Part shown: piece by piece, positions 1 to 11,263 of the stretch
Layout of the letters: every line of letters begins with the position of its first letter
Numbering within the stretch: position 1 is the first letter of the stretch
DNA from: Amphiscolops sp. MND2022
Lineage: Eukaryota
Direction: 5' to 3'
Assembly: GCA_964187785.1 (NCBI GenBank)
Contig: OZ076409.1
Span: 89,840,001 to 89,904,000 of the forward strand
Length of the DNA stretch: 64,000 nucleotides
The notes under the pieces: generated by a model
What the model was told of the DNA's origin: nothing
Database searches by the model: none
Seen by the model: the letters and a program-made list of their open reading frames with translations, nothing else
Translations under genes and position numbers: made by a program

Positions 1-1294
1 GCGGAATTTTTGTGGAAGTCTGCGATTTATAAAAAAATATGGATTTTTTTGAACAATTTTCAGATCTGAAATTCCTGCGAAACTTGCTGTTCAAACAAGA
101 AGGTTTCGAGGAAAAGCTTCGGTCTTGTGCAAAAGCATTTTGCCTCTAATTATCTATGATTTCATCGCGAAAACTTACATGGAAAAGTTGGATGAACTTT
201 ATTCGCAATTGTTTTGGAGTTGCATCGAAGAGGTCGACTCTATTAGTTGATCACTTTCTCTTTCTGAACTAAGAAAATGATTCCCATCGTTTGCTGAAAC
301 CGTGTTGTAACAAGGTAGGGAAAGTACTACTGTGCCTCTTTTTCCAGTATCCACCTGGGCTTGCAGTTTGCTCTAAGCCTTGTGAAAGTGTAAGTGAATA
401 TATGGTTTATTATTTATTGGATTGATTGTTATAGAAACGGCGAATAATTGTGCCCCGGTGAACGAGGGATCACCGCAAGCTGAAATTCCCGGCAAGATTC
501 GGGAAAAGTTCAGAGTTCGGAAGTTGACAATAGACAATATAGTTAAAGGCCAACAAAGACAACCTGAACTGCCAAAGAGTTGGTCATCTCACTCTGCAGA
601 AGCCAGCAATTCTACACAAAACGACGGTACCATGTCTCGCCATGCTGCAAACAGTGATCTCATTGAGACGGTTAGTTGTGGACAACCTTTTAGTGAATAA
701 ATTTGTAAATTGGAAGCTGAGAGTAATTTTGATACAGATCATCAACAACTGACAGCGACCTTCGTTTGATCTTGGGTAAATTGAACTTTCTTCGGTAAAT
801 CTGCACTTCATAGCCTAACAATAGATGAATAAGTATTTGAATGTTCATTATACTGCTCACACTTATTAAAAAAACTTCGATTTGATTTAATTTCTGCGTT
901 TATTTTTTGTTTCTATTTATTAGTAGTTTAACAAAGTACATTTCTGCTGATTGACTTGCTCTTTTGAGAGTAAAGATGCAGTGTCAATGCTTGGTTGTAC
1001 TAGCCACTGTTGCTCGGAATCCTAACTACTGACTCATGTGCTTAGATATCCAAGATTAATATTCAAAACGTTATCGTTTCGAACACGTGATTTTCTTGTT
1101 CAGCATACAATTTTCATGAGATGCGTGAAATTATTGACTTTTATTGATTTTGATTGTGTGTTGTAGTCGGAATGTTCGTGGGTGAACTAAGTAGAACAGC
1201 GAAAAAATCCTTTGGTGTTCCCAAATGTTCTGCTAAATTGTTAACTTTTTGCTAAATGAAATACCCTACAACCAATCTTATTCATAACTGACAG

Positions 1295-1497
1295 CCGAAA
1301 TCGTTGTATTCGAAGTTTCGAAGCCATTTATTACCTGGCGGTGAACTGAAACGGAAGTAGACAGAACGGAGAAGTGAACATGAATGGTGAACTGAATTAA
1401 TCTGAACTGATCAAAGAAGATCACTTTTTAGCCGGCGCTTTATGAAATGAAACGCAACTATTCTTTTTGCATTTTGTCGAAGTGACCGAAACAGTTA
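1295..1497. repeat. Left part of an interspersed repeat interrupted by the BEL insertion (continues at about 10803-10970)
   Basis: ccgaaatcgttgtattcgaag...cattttgtcgaagtg matches 13960-14150; the sequence after the BEL (agttatatgaagaattccac...) matches 14170-14330. Confidence 0.85.
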
Positions 1498-2553
1498 TGT
1501 AACGGCCGCTCAAATCTTACAGCGGAATTGAGCTTTCTGCCGGTCCCTGATCCTTCCCACTTCTTCGGCCAAAAGCAGGAACAAACTTTCTAAAGGACTG
1601 TATCTGTTCAATGAGTTCTCAGCTGCTAGCGGCTTCGTGCTCCTCAACACCAGACTCTTCAGGCTAAGCAACACTTCGATCCCAATCCCTCTTTTGACTG
1701 GAAATCTGCTTCACCTCTTGTTGTCCGGAGGTCGTACGCTCAACCACAGCAACTGATCGTCCCCAACGGATTGTTTCCACCCAAGCCTCCAAAGAGGGTT
1801 GTCGTTTCAATTGAATAGCTCTTACGATGAGCTTTTAATCTCGCTACTACGATGAGCGATAATAGAACGCTTTCCTAGATCTTAGACCTACTACGCCTAA
1901 TGAAGCTATTTCAAGAGTACTTTTCTGATTGATTTGGACTCCTAAAACAGCTGATCGTTTATTTTTTCGATCGTTGAGTAGTGCAATGCTACCCTCCCAG
2001 TCACAACCTGTCTAAACCGGAACCGGGGTAGCTACTCAACAGCTGTCAAAGACATTTAAGTTTCAAGAATATTTTAATTAGCGTTCTGAATATGGTATCA
2101 AAATTGGTCAAATTTATACTCTACTCAGCGGATGTACAGTTGATAACCTTTAAAATCACAGGATATTCAAATAACAAAGTTACATAATATCACTTTTTCC
2201 ATCACGTTTTCGGACCTCTCACACCTCCAATTTGGAAATTCCTTCCAAAATTTTCCATAAAGAGGTAAATCTATCAATGAAACTGCAATATGAACGGCAA
2301 TTTGACCGATAGGTTGGATAGATAACATTTGCCTCAAATCACGCCACCGTTCTCGTTCGAATAGAATCAAAGTACAATGAACTTTGGGACAAACATTAAG
2401 CGCCATTACCAAATTGATCATTTGACTTCAACTAATCACAACAGCACAGGTTAGTTAATTACGCTTTTGAGTTTCGAGTGTTTTACAAAGTTTTGTAACT
2501 CAAGATTTCCAGCTAATATGTTCAAGTTGGTTTCTCAATCTCTGGCGCCAACA
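1498..2553 (-). repeat. 3' LTR of BEL/Pao element (1056 bp)
   Basis: Direct repeat of 9742-10797 (offset 8244); one mismatch seen (C1763 vs T10007). Confidence 0.98.
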
Positions 2554-5500
2554 TCGCCGGCCCTGTTTTCTCTCTGAAAACAATCGTCCAATAGTGGCGC
2601 CAGCTTCACAGCGGGTCGAACGAATATCCCATTTGAAGTCTGTATCTTTGCTGATCGAACCACTCCATCACTGCCCGGGAAGACATCCAAAACTCTAGCC
2701 ATTTGATTTTTGCACCGCTTCACTGACTCATCAATGACCCACACCAGATCACCTACTTGGAGGGCTCGCACGTCATTGCTCCCCCATTTAGGTCGCACGT
2801 TCCATTGCGGCAGATAATCGCGAGCCCATCTTTTCCATATCATTTCATGATATGCTTGAGACGCTTTGTAGAGCTTTCGACAGTTCACGTATCTTGATGC
2901 ATCCGGAAATAATGGCTCCGAAATTGCAGGTCTGCCCAGTAGAAAATGGTTAGGCGTTAATGCCCCTAGATCCTCTGGATCATCACTGACAGGCGTCAAA
3001 GGCCTTGAATTTAGCGTCTGTTCAACCAGACACATCGTTGTGGTGAGTACTGGTAGAGTCAAGCGTCGACTTCCCAAGATAGCAATCATAGACTTTTTGC
3101 AACTTCTCACAAGTCGCTCCCATATACCACCGAAATGTGGCGCTCCGGGGGGATTGAATTGCCAAACGACGCGCTGCTTTGCAAGATTTTCCGAAATAGC
3201 ATCTTGATTCCATTCACTGAAGCATTCTTTGAACTCCCGTGCAGCTCCAACAAAGTTAGTGCCATTGTCACTGATGATTTTCAATGGCTTGCCTCTCCTT
3301 GCCATGAATCGCGTGATTGCCATCATGCACGCGTCTGTGTCCAAGCCGTTCACGACTTCGATGTGAACTGCTCTAGTGACTAGACAAGTGAAGAGACAAC
3401 ACCAGTACTTGACTGTCTTCCTGAAGAATGTCACTTCGAAGGGTCCAAAGTAGTCGACCCCTGTGTTGCTGAAAGGGTACACGTTCTGCTGCACTCGCTC
3501 CTTAGGCAAGTCTGCCATGTGAGGTTGAAACGGTTGTGAAGCAGCTTTCCGACATTGTACACAGCTGTACTTGATGCGTCTCAAAGCGTTTCTGAGTCCA
3601 GTTATCCAGTATTGTTGCTGGAGTATGTTTCTGACATGCTCAGTTCCTTCATGATGATTGTCCACGTGAGCTTGTCTCACGAGAAGAACAATCGCAGGGT
3701 GTTTAGCTGAAAGAAGAATTGGATGCTTCGTCTCATCAGGAAGCATTGACTTGTTCAGCCGTCCTTTCAGTCTAATTGTGCCCTGCTTGTCTAGAAATGG
3801 ACACAATTTAGCCAAGTCATTCTTGGCAGGCTTTCCACTACTTTTGATGAGCTTTTCATACAGCTCAGGGTAGCTCTCCCGCTGTGAGAGTTGCAGGATC
3901 GTCAATTCTGCTGAATTCAGCTCATCGGGCATCAAGGGTCCTCTTCTTTTGTTTTTGATTCTTCGACAGTAGACAAGCATATTGAGTAATCGCTTGAATT
4001 GGCTGAATCTAGTCCAATCAAGAATACTCTCTCTGGAAGCTATAGTCCATGTTTGTTCGTCCTCGTGTTCGACTAACTGCTGCTCTGGCCAGTTCTCCGG
4101 TTCATCTTGCAACCAGGCCGGCCCGTGTAGCCACTCACTTTCTCGCAACTGCTCAAGAGTGACACCTCGAGTTCCAATATCCGCAGGGTTCATGGAGCCT
4201 TTCACATGTCGCCACTCGTCTACAGTTGATTGATCAAGTATTTCCCCGACTCTGTTAGCGACGAACACCTGTTGTTTCTTATGTGCTGCATGAAGCCACC
4301 TCAGCACTGTCATTGAATCCGTCCAATGGGTCACTGAATCCATTTTGATGTCGTGTTCCTTCTCTATCAGCTGCCTAAGTCTCACCGAGTACAATGCTGC
4401 TTGCAGCTCCAGCTTGGGTATAGTTTGTTGTTTCATTGGGGCTATTCGGCACTTTCCCGTCACGAATGAAACTTCTGTTCCGCTTGGTGTAAGAGCCCTT
4501 ATGTACGCAACAATGCACATGGATTCCAAAGAGGCGTCTGAAAAGATGTGCAAGTCCACTTTATCAAACTGGCTCATGAAGTATCTGCGTCTCAGTGGAG
4601 AACTTGGCAATTGATTCAACTCGTTAGCCCATGTTAGGAAAACTGTCTGATCATCAATGTCAATTTCTTGATCCCATTGTTGACCTGTCTTCGCCCAGAT
4701 CGTCTTCAGCAACATCCTCATTCTCATTGTGAATGGTGCAAATAGTCCAAGTGGGTCGAAGACAGAGGCTACGAAAGAGAGTACTGCTCTCTGAGTGATT
4801 TTCACTGGCACTTCTTTGTCAGCTCCACGGCAAACTTCAAGTTCGTCTGCTTCTACTTTCCATTGAAGTCCCAAAAGCGAAGAGGTATGCGGCTCTGCCT
4901 CAAAGGTCTTATTGACTGCGTCTGATCGATCTTTTTCAGGTATCGAATTACATACAGCTTCACTGTTGCAGATCCATTTCAACAAGTTAAAACCTCCGAG
5001 CCTCAATGTCTCTCTCACGTCTTGGTACACAAAACGTGCTTCTTCTTCAGTCTCTACTGATTTTGCAAAGTCGTCCATGTAGAAGTTCCTTTGGATGATT
5101 TTTGCCGCCATGGGGTGGTCCTTTTCGTTGTCCTTCGCATTTCTCTGCAGCGCAAAATTAGCACAAGTTGGGCTACTCTTTGCTCCAAAAATATGCCGGG
5201 TGTATTCATACACGGAGATCGGATCACTCGGGTTATTCCTCCATAAGAAACGTAACACCTTGCAGTCTTGCGGTGGCACTTTAACTTGCAAGAACATCGC
5301 TTCTATGTCAGCTGTAAGGGCAATTGGATGCTCCCGGAACCTGAAGATGATTCCCACCAAGTTTTGAAGGAGGTCAGGTCCCGTGAGAAGCATATCGTTC
5401 AGAGAAGTTCCTCGAAATTTCGCTGCAGCATTGCAAACCCTTCGGACTTTCTCTGGTTTGTGAGGGTTTATCACGGGATGGTGAGGCACGTACCACTGAG

Positions 5501-8500
5501 TCTCATCCTTCGTTTCTCCAAGTTCTTCTTCATCCAGTTTCCTGACATATTCATTCTCCAGATCTACTTTAATTGTGTCTCGATATCTAGCTTTCAATGA
5601 AAGATCCTTTTCCAAGCGTCTTTCCAAAGAGCAAAATTGTGAATGCGCTGAGAAGTAGTTGTTTTCGATCTTCGGGTTATCTTCTGCCCATGGTAGGCCG
5701 ACTTCATATCTACCATCGACCAATTTAGTTGTTTGTTCCAACTGCGCCAAAGCTCTTTTATCGTCCTTTGACCGTCCGCTGACGTTCACCCTCGTCGCGT
5801 ATGATTCCATACTGAACCAGGACTTTAGCTGTACGCTCAGTTCACTATCTTCTGATGCCAGATGACTCGTAGCTGATGCAACATTGGCCACTTCATGTTT
5901 CGGAAGCGGGCCACTGAGCGTCCATCCCAGTTTATTTCTGACCGCCCATGGTTCATTTTTGTGTCCCTTCTTGTATTCCACTGGATAGAGCAAATGGTAG
6001 TTATCTTGCCCAAGAACCACCTTGACTTTGCTCAAATCGAACACTGCATTTGGTAGGACATCTAGATGTTTGTATTTCTGTTTGATAGAGTGATAATCGT
6101 AAGACTTGTTCCCCAGAAACATGCTTGGATGCACATGAAACAAAACAGTTTCTCGAGCTGTAGGAGTTGTGATTTCCAATTTCACTTTCTCGCTTTGCAT
6201 TTGTTTCGTGCCATTGATCCCTGCAATGTTGAGAGTCAAGCCAGTACCTTGTGCTTGAAGTTCTTTCTTCAGTGTTGCGTCAACGAAGGATAGCGTAGAA
6301 CCCGTGTCACAAATAGCCAAAGTGTCACACGATTTGTTTCCATGTGACAATCTCAAAGCCACAATCTGCAGACTCCCACTGCATGAGTTCGCGATGGCTA
6401 CTGGATTCGGTTGCTCACCATCCGCTCCTTTCGATTCCATTTTACTGCTATCTGGTTTCTCTTCACTGTGCAACAGGCGATTGTGGTGTTTACCGCACCC
6501 ATTCTTGCCACAAAGTCTGTTGCTTTTGCATTGTCCAATGCGATGACCGGAACTGAGACAAGAAAAGCACAAGTTGTATTTCTTCACCGTTTCGTATCGT
6601 TCAGCTAGTTTCATATTTTTGAACAATTCACATTGCCACAACTTGTGTTCCCCGTCTTTCAATGGACACGAGGGTTTGCCTTTGGTGGAGGAGTCCGTCG
6701 AAGCAGCAAAACTGGTTGTCTTCGGTTTGTCTTTGTTTGTTGTTGATTTCGTCTTGTCACCTGCATTTCCGAACTGTAAGCGGATGTTCTCTTGTACCTG
6801 AGCAATGTTTTTCAACCAGGCGCTGAACACCCTCAAGCTCTTGTATGTCGGGTCGAATCGTTGCAGGTGAGAGAGCCATTTATTTTTGAGCTCGATTGGT
6901 AGTTTCCTTACTGCACTGTTAAGCACTGACTCCGAAGCAATGTCACTTTCATACCCATACTGAGTGAGGACATTGACACATCCAGAAACCACTTGCGAAT
7001 ACTTTATGATGTCCACTGAATCGTGAGATTTGATGAATCCGTAAGAGTGGATCCTCTTCAGTTGTGCATTGACAACAAGTTCTGGTCGACCGAAATCTTG
7101 CTCAAGTGTTTGCCAAGCCACTTGATACATGCCACCAGAGTAGCCCATGCCGTCTATTGATGATTTCGCTCTTCCCGTTACAAGAGTTTTCAAGTAGTTC
7201 ATCTTGACACTGTCCGGTACTCCAGCTTGATCCACAGTTGCTAGAAACTGCCCAGACCACTCAGGCCACTCGAGAGGATCTCCAGCGAACTTGTCCAAAA
7301 CCAGTTTCGGTAGTTTCATTGGTGACATTACTGCTGGAAGAGCTCCGAATGATGTTGTTGCCAACGGTTGATTACGTTGCCATTGTTTTAATGGGCTGTT
7401 GCTCGCAGCGGGCGTTGAGATTGTCTGAGGTACAAACATCTTCTCGGGGTTGAACTTAATTGTTTTCCTTTTGACGTCTGTTTGTTTTCCGGGCAACGAT
7501 GGGTCCTTTGAAACATACTCTTGGTCGTCATTGAAGTCGTATGATGTGCCTTGTTCTTCACTCTTCACATATAGGTTCGGTTGTCTTTGGTCCTCGTTCG
7601 AGTGATTGAAAAGGTTCCTCGACGACTCCAACCAATCTTTTGTAGTCGCGGCTTTCTCAGTCTCAGAATGATCCATGCTGCAAATGCTAGATCTCGATGA
7701 TGCTCGCTCCATTATTTCCAACTTCTTCATTTTCAGATGAAGCTGTTTCTTGCGGGTCATCTCTTCCAATTCTAGTTCCTCCTTTGCTATTGCCAATTCC
7801 ATCTCTCGTTGCTTCCGTTTCAACTCAATCTCCTGCTGCTTCTTTCTGATCTCAGCTTCTGTTTGTTCTTCGAAGATTTGTGCTTCAAGTTCCACACGTC
7901 TCCGAGACGATCGAGACGAAGGAATTGATCCCAATTGTTTTCTAGCGCTGCCCATGATATCCTTTGGCTCTTCTGTGATCGGGAATGCCTTTTGAGGGGA
8001 TACAACGCTGACTTCAGCTGCCCCTACATTAGGGTTAGGTTCCTCCGTGGGAACGTCCGCTGCTGGAGTTCCTCCAATGGCTCCAGCATTTCCTTGCCCG
8101 GCAACGCGCTCAGCGTCTTCATTTTCATTGTCTGACAGTATCATTGTTGTCTCCACATTTTGGACGCGTTCTTCGCCTTCCCTCGATGCCACCGGTAAGT
8201 CGAAATTTTGATGAACCATTTGACTTTGTTTATCTCTGGCATTTTGCTCCTCGCGTTCGTTCAAGTAGCTCAGCCAGCCAAGTAGATCTTTCTCCTGCGC
8301 ACGCTCATCAGCTTCCTCGATTTGTAAAGTGAGCAAAAGAGGTTTGATGAGTTGCCGCTTCTGCTGTTGAAGCTTTCTATGTTCCTCTAGTCTATGAGTA
8401 AACCGTTGAAGGAGTTGACGTATCTTTGACACTCTGTCCTTTTGTCCGATCAAAGCATTTATCTCTCGTTTCAACTCCGCTTGGGATTGAAGAATGTCTC

Positions 8501-9680
8501 GTTGTTTGTCTTCCAACTTCCCATATTCCACAATAGATGCTTTGGTTATGAGGAGCTCTGATTTCTTGACAATCCATTTGAGGGCAGCGTTGTTTGTCGT
8601 CCATAGCTCCACACGTCTCCGAGACGATCGAGACGAAGGAATTGATCCCAATTGTTTTCTAGCGCTGCCCATGATATCCTTTGGCTCTTCTGTGATCGGG
8701 AATGCCTTTTGAGGGGATACAACGCTGACTTCAGCTGCCCCTACATTAGGGTTAGGTTCCTCCGTGGGAACGTCCGCTGCTGGAGTTCCTCCAATGGCTC
8801 CAGCATTTCCTTGCCCGGCAACGCGCTCAGCGTCTTCATTTTCATTGTCTGACAGTATCATTGTTGTCTCCACATTTTGGACGCGTTCTTCGCCTTCCCT
8901 CGATGCCACCGGTAAGTCGAAATTTTGATGAACCATTTGACTTTGTTTATCTCTGGCATTTTGCTCCTCGCGTTCGTTCAAGTAGCTCAGCCAGCCAAGT
9001 AGATCTTTCTCCTGCGCACGCTCATCAGCTTCCTCGATTTGTAAAGTGAGCAAAAGAGGTTTGATGAGTTGCCGCTTCTGCTGTTGAAGCTTTCTATGTT
9101 CCTCTAGTCTATGAGTAAACCGTTGAAGGAGTTGACGTATCTTTGACACTCTGTCCTTTTGTCCGATCAAAGCATTTATCTCTCGTTTCAACTCCGCTTG
9201 GGATTGAAGAATGTCTCGTTGTTTGTCTTCCAACTTCCCATATTCCACAATAGATGCTTTGGTTATGAGGAGCTCTGATTTCTTGACAATCCATTTGAGG
9301 GCAGCGTTGTTTGTCGTCCATAGCTCCACTGCTTTGTCCAATCCAAAAAGAATTCGTTTTTGATGAGCTAAAAGCTCTTCAAGTGCCTTTGTTTTCAACA
9401 TTGATGTGATCGAGGTCACCAAGTCCATGAACTTCTGCTTTTCAGTTGAGAATTCACTGTAGAATTTCCCCAAGACGACCAGTTTGGTATCTGGAGTCCA
9501 GTCAGTTTTCTTGCTGAATTCATCTGTTGAGACAATCACATTCAAGTTTTTGAAGCTATTATCTAGGGCATCAACGCCAGCTTTCCATTTGGCAAGATCA
9601 CCTGACTTCTTCAGGTCCTTCAACCTTTTGTCGTCCTTGAACCATGTTATATCGAGCTCCGGTATTACGTTCGAAGCCAT
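2535..9680 (-). CDS. BEL/Pao Gag-Pol polyprotein (2381 aa from first ATG)
   Basis: Gag core KLPKLVLDKFAGDPLEWPEW; three Cys/His knuckles (CPLKDGEH..C, CFSCLSSGH..C, CGKNGCGKHH..H); protease CDTGS; RT NFYMDD; RNase H FSDAS; integrase GVDYFGP / SDNGTNF / WERLVRS; C-terminal WKRWARDYL region. The ORF ends inside the 3' LTR. The ORF-track TTG start at 9740 overlaps the PBS. Confidence 0.96.
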   Translation of the reverse strand: MASNVIPELDITWFKDDKRLKDLKKSGDLAKWKAGVDALDNSFKNLNVIVSTDEFSKKTDWTPDTKLVVLGKFYSEFSTEKQKFMDLVTSITSMLKTKALEELLAHQKRILFGLDKAVELWTTNNAALKWIVKKSELLITKASIVEYGKLEDKQRDILQSQAELKREINALIGQKDRVSKIRQLLQRFTHRLEEHRKLQQQKRQLIKPLLLTLQIEEADERAQEKDLLGWLSYLNEREEQNARDKQSQMVHQNFDLPVASREGEERVQNVETTMILSDNENEDAERVAGQGNAGAIGGTPAADVPTEEPNPNVGAAEVSVVSPQKAFPITEEPKDIMGSARKQLGSIPSSRSSRRRVELWTTNNAALKWIVKKSELLITKASIVEYGKLEDKQRDILQSQAELKREINALIGQKDRVSKIRQLLQRFTHRLEEHRKLQQQKRQLIKPLLLTLQIEEADERAQEKDLLGWLSYLNEREEQNARDKQSQMVHQNFDLPVASREGEERVQNVETTMILSDNENEDAERVAGQGNAGAIGGTPAADVPTEEPNPNVGAAEVSVVSPQKAFPITEEPKDIMGSARKQLGSIPSSRSSRRRVELEAQIFEEQTEAEIRKKQQEIELKRKQREMELAIAKEELELEEMTRKKQLHLKMKKLEIMERASSRSSICSMDHSETEKAATTKDWLESSRNLFNHSNEDQRQPNLYVKSEEQGTSYDFNDDQEYVSKDPSLPGKQTDVKRKTIKFNPEKMFVPQTISTPAASNSPLKQWQRNQPLATTSFGALPAVMSPMKLPKLVLDKFAGDPLEWPEWSGQFLATVDQAGVPDSVKMNYLKTLVTGRAKSSIDGMGYSGGMYQVAWQTLEQDFGRPELVVNAQLKRIHSYGFIKSHDSVDIIKYSQVVSGCVNVLTQYGYESDIASESVLNSAVRKLPIELKNKWLSHLQRFDPTYKSLRVFSAWLKNIAQVQENIRLQFGNAGDKTKSTTNKDKPKTTSFAASTDSSTKGKPSCPLKDGEHKLWQCELFKNMKLAERYETVKKYNLCFSCLSSGHRIGQCKSNRLCGKNGCGKHHNRLLHSEEKPDSSKMESKGADGEQPNPVAIANSCSGSLQIVALRLSHGNKSCDTLAICDTGSTLSFVDATLKKELQAQGTGLTLNIAGINGTKQMQSEKVKLEITTPTARETVLFHVHPSMFLGNKSYDYHSIKQKYKHLDVLPNAVFDLSKVKVVLGQDNYHLLYPVEYKKGHKNEPWAVRNKLGWTLSGPLPKHEVANVASATSHLASEDSELSVQLKSWFSMESYATRVNVSGRSKDDKRALAQLEQTTKLVDGRYEVGLPWAEDNPKIENNYFSAHSQFCSLERRLEKDLSLKARYRDTIKVDLENEYVRKLDEEELGETKDETQWYVPHHPVINPHKPEKVRRVCNAAAKFRGTSLNDMLLTGPDLLQNLVGIIFRFREHPIALTADIEAMFLQVKVPPQDCKVLRFLWRNNPSDPISVYEYTRHIFGAKSSPTCANFALQRNAKDNEKDHPMAAKIIQRNFYMDDFAKSVETEEEARFVYQDVRETLRLGGFNLLKWICNSEAVCNSIPEKDRSDAVNKTFEAEPHTSSLLGLQWKVEADELEVCRGADKEVPVKITQRAVLSFVASVFDPLGLFAPFTMRMRMLLKTIWAKTGQQWDQEIDIDDQTVFLTWANELNQLPSSPLRRRYFMSQFDKVDLHIFSDASLESMCIVAYIRALTPSGTEVSFVTGKCRIAPMKQQTIPKLELQAALYSVRLRQLIEKEHDIKMDSVTHWTDSMTVLRWLHAAHKKQQVFVANRVGEILDQSTVDEWRHVKGSMNPADIGTRGVTLEQLRESEWLHGPAWLQDEPENWPEQQLVEHEDEQTWTIASRESILDWTRFSQFKRLLNMLVYCRRIKNKRRGPLMPDELNSAELTILQLSQRESYPELYEKLIKSSGKPAKNDLAKLCPFLDKQGTIRLKGRLNKSMLPDETKHPILLSAKHPAIVLLVRQAHVDNHHEGTEHVRNILQQQYWITGLRNALRRIKYSCVQCRKAASQPFQPHMADLPKERVQQNVYPFSNTGVDYFGPFEVTFFRKTVKYWCCLFTCLVTRAVHIEVVNGLDTDACMMAITRFMARRGKPLKIISDNGTNFVGAAREFKECFSEWNQDAISENLAKQRVVWQFNPPGAPHFGGIWERLVRSCKKSMIAILGSRRLTLPVLTTTMCLVEQTLNSRPLTPVSDDPEDLGALTPNHFLLGRPAISEPLFPDASRYVNCRKLYKASQAYHEMIWKRWARDYLPQWNVRPKWGSNDVRALQVGDLVWVIDESVKRCKNQMARVLDVFPGSDGVVRSAKIQTSNGIFVRPAVKLAPLLDDCFQRENRAGDVGARD
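2554..2575 (-). promoter_or_regulatory. Polypurine-tract region of BEL element
   Basis: Minus strand reads AGAGAGAAAACAGGGCCGGCGA immediately before the TGTTGG start of the 3' LTR. Confidence 0.65.
7891..9329. repeat. 717-bp in-frame tandem duplication inside BEL gag N-terminus
   Basis: 7891-8607 repeats at 8608-9324; TCCAC microhomology at the junctions; a 239-aa block is repeated in the protein. Confidence 0.97.
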
Positions 9681-9722
9681 CTTCTTTCTCGATTTCCAAT
9701 CCAAGTTCCGAATCAAATAGTG

Positions 9723-9739
9723 TCCGGGTCGGCGGACCA
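9723..9739 (-). promoter_or_regulatory. Primer-binding site, probably tRNA-Tyr type
   Basis: Minus strand TGGTCCGCCGACCCGGA just after the 5' LTR; resembles the TGGTCCTTCGAGCCGGA tRNA-Tyr PBS common in BEL elements. Confidence 0.75.
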
Positions 9740-9741
9740 AA

Positions 9742-10797
9742 TGTAACGGCCGCTCAAATCTTACAGCGGAATTGAGCTTTCTGCCGGTCCCTGATCCTTC
9801 CCACTTCTTCGGCCAAAAGCAGGAACAAACTTTCTAAAGGACTGTATCTGTTCAATGAGTTCTCAGCTGCTAGCGGCTTCGTGCTCCTCAACACCAGACT
9901 CTTCAGGCTAAGCAACACTTCGATCCCAATCCCTCTTTTGACTGGAAATCTGCTTCACCTCTTGTTGTCCGGAGGTCGTACGCTCAACCACAGCAACTGA
10001 TCGTCCTCAACGGATTGTTTCCACCCAAGCCTCCAAAGAGGGTTGTCGTTTCAATTGAATAGCTCTTACGATGAGCTTTTAATCTCGCTACTACGATGAG
10101 CGATAATAGAACGCTTTCCTAGATCTTAGACCTACTACGCCTAATGAAGCTATTTCAAGAGTACTTTTCTGATTGATTTGGACTCCTAAAACAGCTGATC
10201 GTTTATTTTTTCGATCGTTGAGTAGTGCAATGCTACCCTCCCAGTCACAACCTGTCTAAACCGGAACCGGGGTAGCTACTCAACAGCTGTCAAAGACATT
10301 TAAGTTTCAAGAATATTTTAATTAGCGTTCTGAATATGGTATCAAAATTGGTCAAATTTATACTCTACTCAGCGGATGTACAGTTGATAACCTTTAAAAT
10401 CACAGGATATTCAAATAACAAAGTTACATAATATCACTTTTTCCATCACGTTTTCGGACCTCTCACACCTCCAATTTGGAAATTCCTTCCAAAATTTTCC
10501 ATAAAGAGGTAAATCTATCAATGAAACTGCAATATGAACGGCAATTTGACCGATAGGTTGGATAGATAACATTTGCCTCAAATCACGCCACCGTTCTCGT
10601 TCGAATAGAATCAAAGTACAATGAACTTTGGGACAAACATTAAGCGCCATTACCAAATTGATCATTTGACTTCAACTAATCACAACAGCACAGGTTAGTT
10701 AATTACGCTTTTGAGTTTCGAGTGTTTTACAAAGTTTTGTAACTCAAGATTTCCAGCTAATATGTTCAAGTTGGTTTCTCAATCTCTGGCGCCAACA
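9742..10797 (-). repeat. 5' LTR of BEL/Pao element (1056 bp)
   Basis: Direct repeat of 1498-2553, adjacent to the PBS. Confidence 0.98.
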
Positions 10798-11208
10798 AGT
10801 TATATGAAGAATTCCACGAGCCTAATATCTGTAGAAGGCCAAAAGTGTTTAAAAGGTCCTCCATGTCATTCTTCGACCTTTTTATTCGAATTACAAAGCT
10901 ATATGTGGCCCTTTTTTTGAAAGTTTTCATTTTGCAAGAGGTCTCGTTTTTTGATGATTTCTGTTAAAAACAGCCTTTTTCAAGCCAAAGATCCCCGAAT
11001 ATTTTAGCACTGTGAGATCTCAAAAACGGCTCCTTACCGATGTGAGGTACTTCGCGCATTTTGAGCCTCAAGTAAGGCGCCGACGTATGCTCTTCCCTGG
11101 TTTTTCGATTTTCAATGCAAGAATTTTCCAGAACTTGACATTTTTGGAAAGAAGCACTCTAGGCTGCCATTTTGGAGGAATCCATTCGCTAATGCGAATA
11201 TCCTTGAT

Positions 11209-11239
11209 GATAATAATAATAATAATAATAATAATAATA
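11209..11239 (+). repeat. (TAA)n microsatellite
   Basis: About 10 consecutive ATA/TAA units. Confidence 0.95.
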
Positions 11240-11263
11240 TGAGTGCCTTCCATAGGGTAGTAG

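Larger units (their letters stand above)
1498..10797 (-). mobile_element. Full-length BEL/Pao LTR retrotransposon
   Basis: Two 1056-bp LTRs with TG...CA ends, 5-bp TSD AGTTA (1493-1497 and 10798-10802), PBS, purine-rich tract and one uninterrupted gag-pol ORF with BEL/Pao motifs. Confidence 0.98.

Noticed and set aside
64..700. Possible 3' exons of an upstream gene (AG/GT signals at 64, 348-389, 435; 92-aa ORF 422-700)
   Set aside because: I could not build a phase-consistent model that uses the ORF, and no domain is recognisable.
2167..2421. 84-aa ORF repeated at 10411-10665
   Set aside because: Lies within the two LTRs; the duplication is explained by LTR identity and there is no coding signature.
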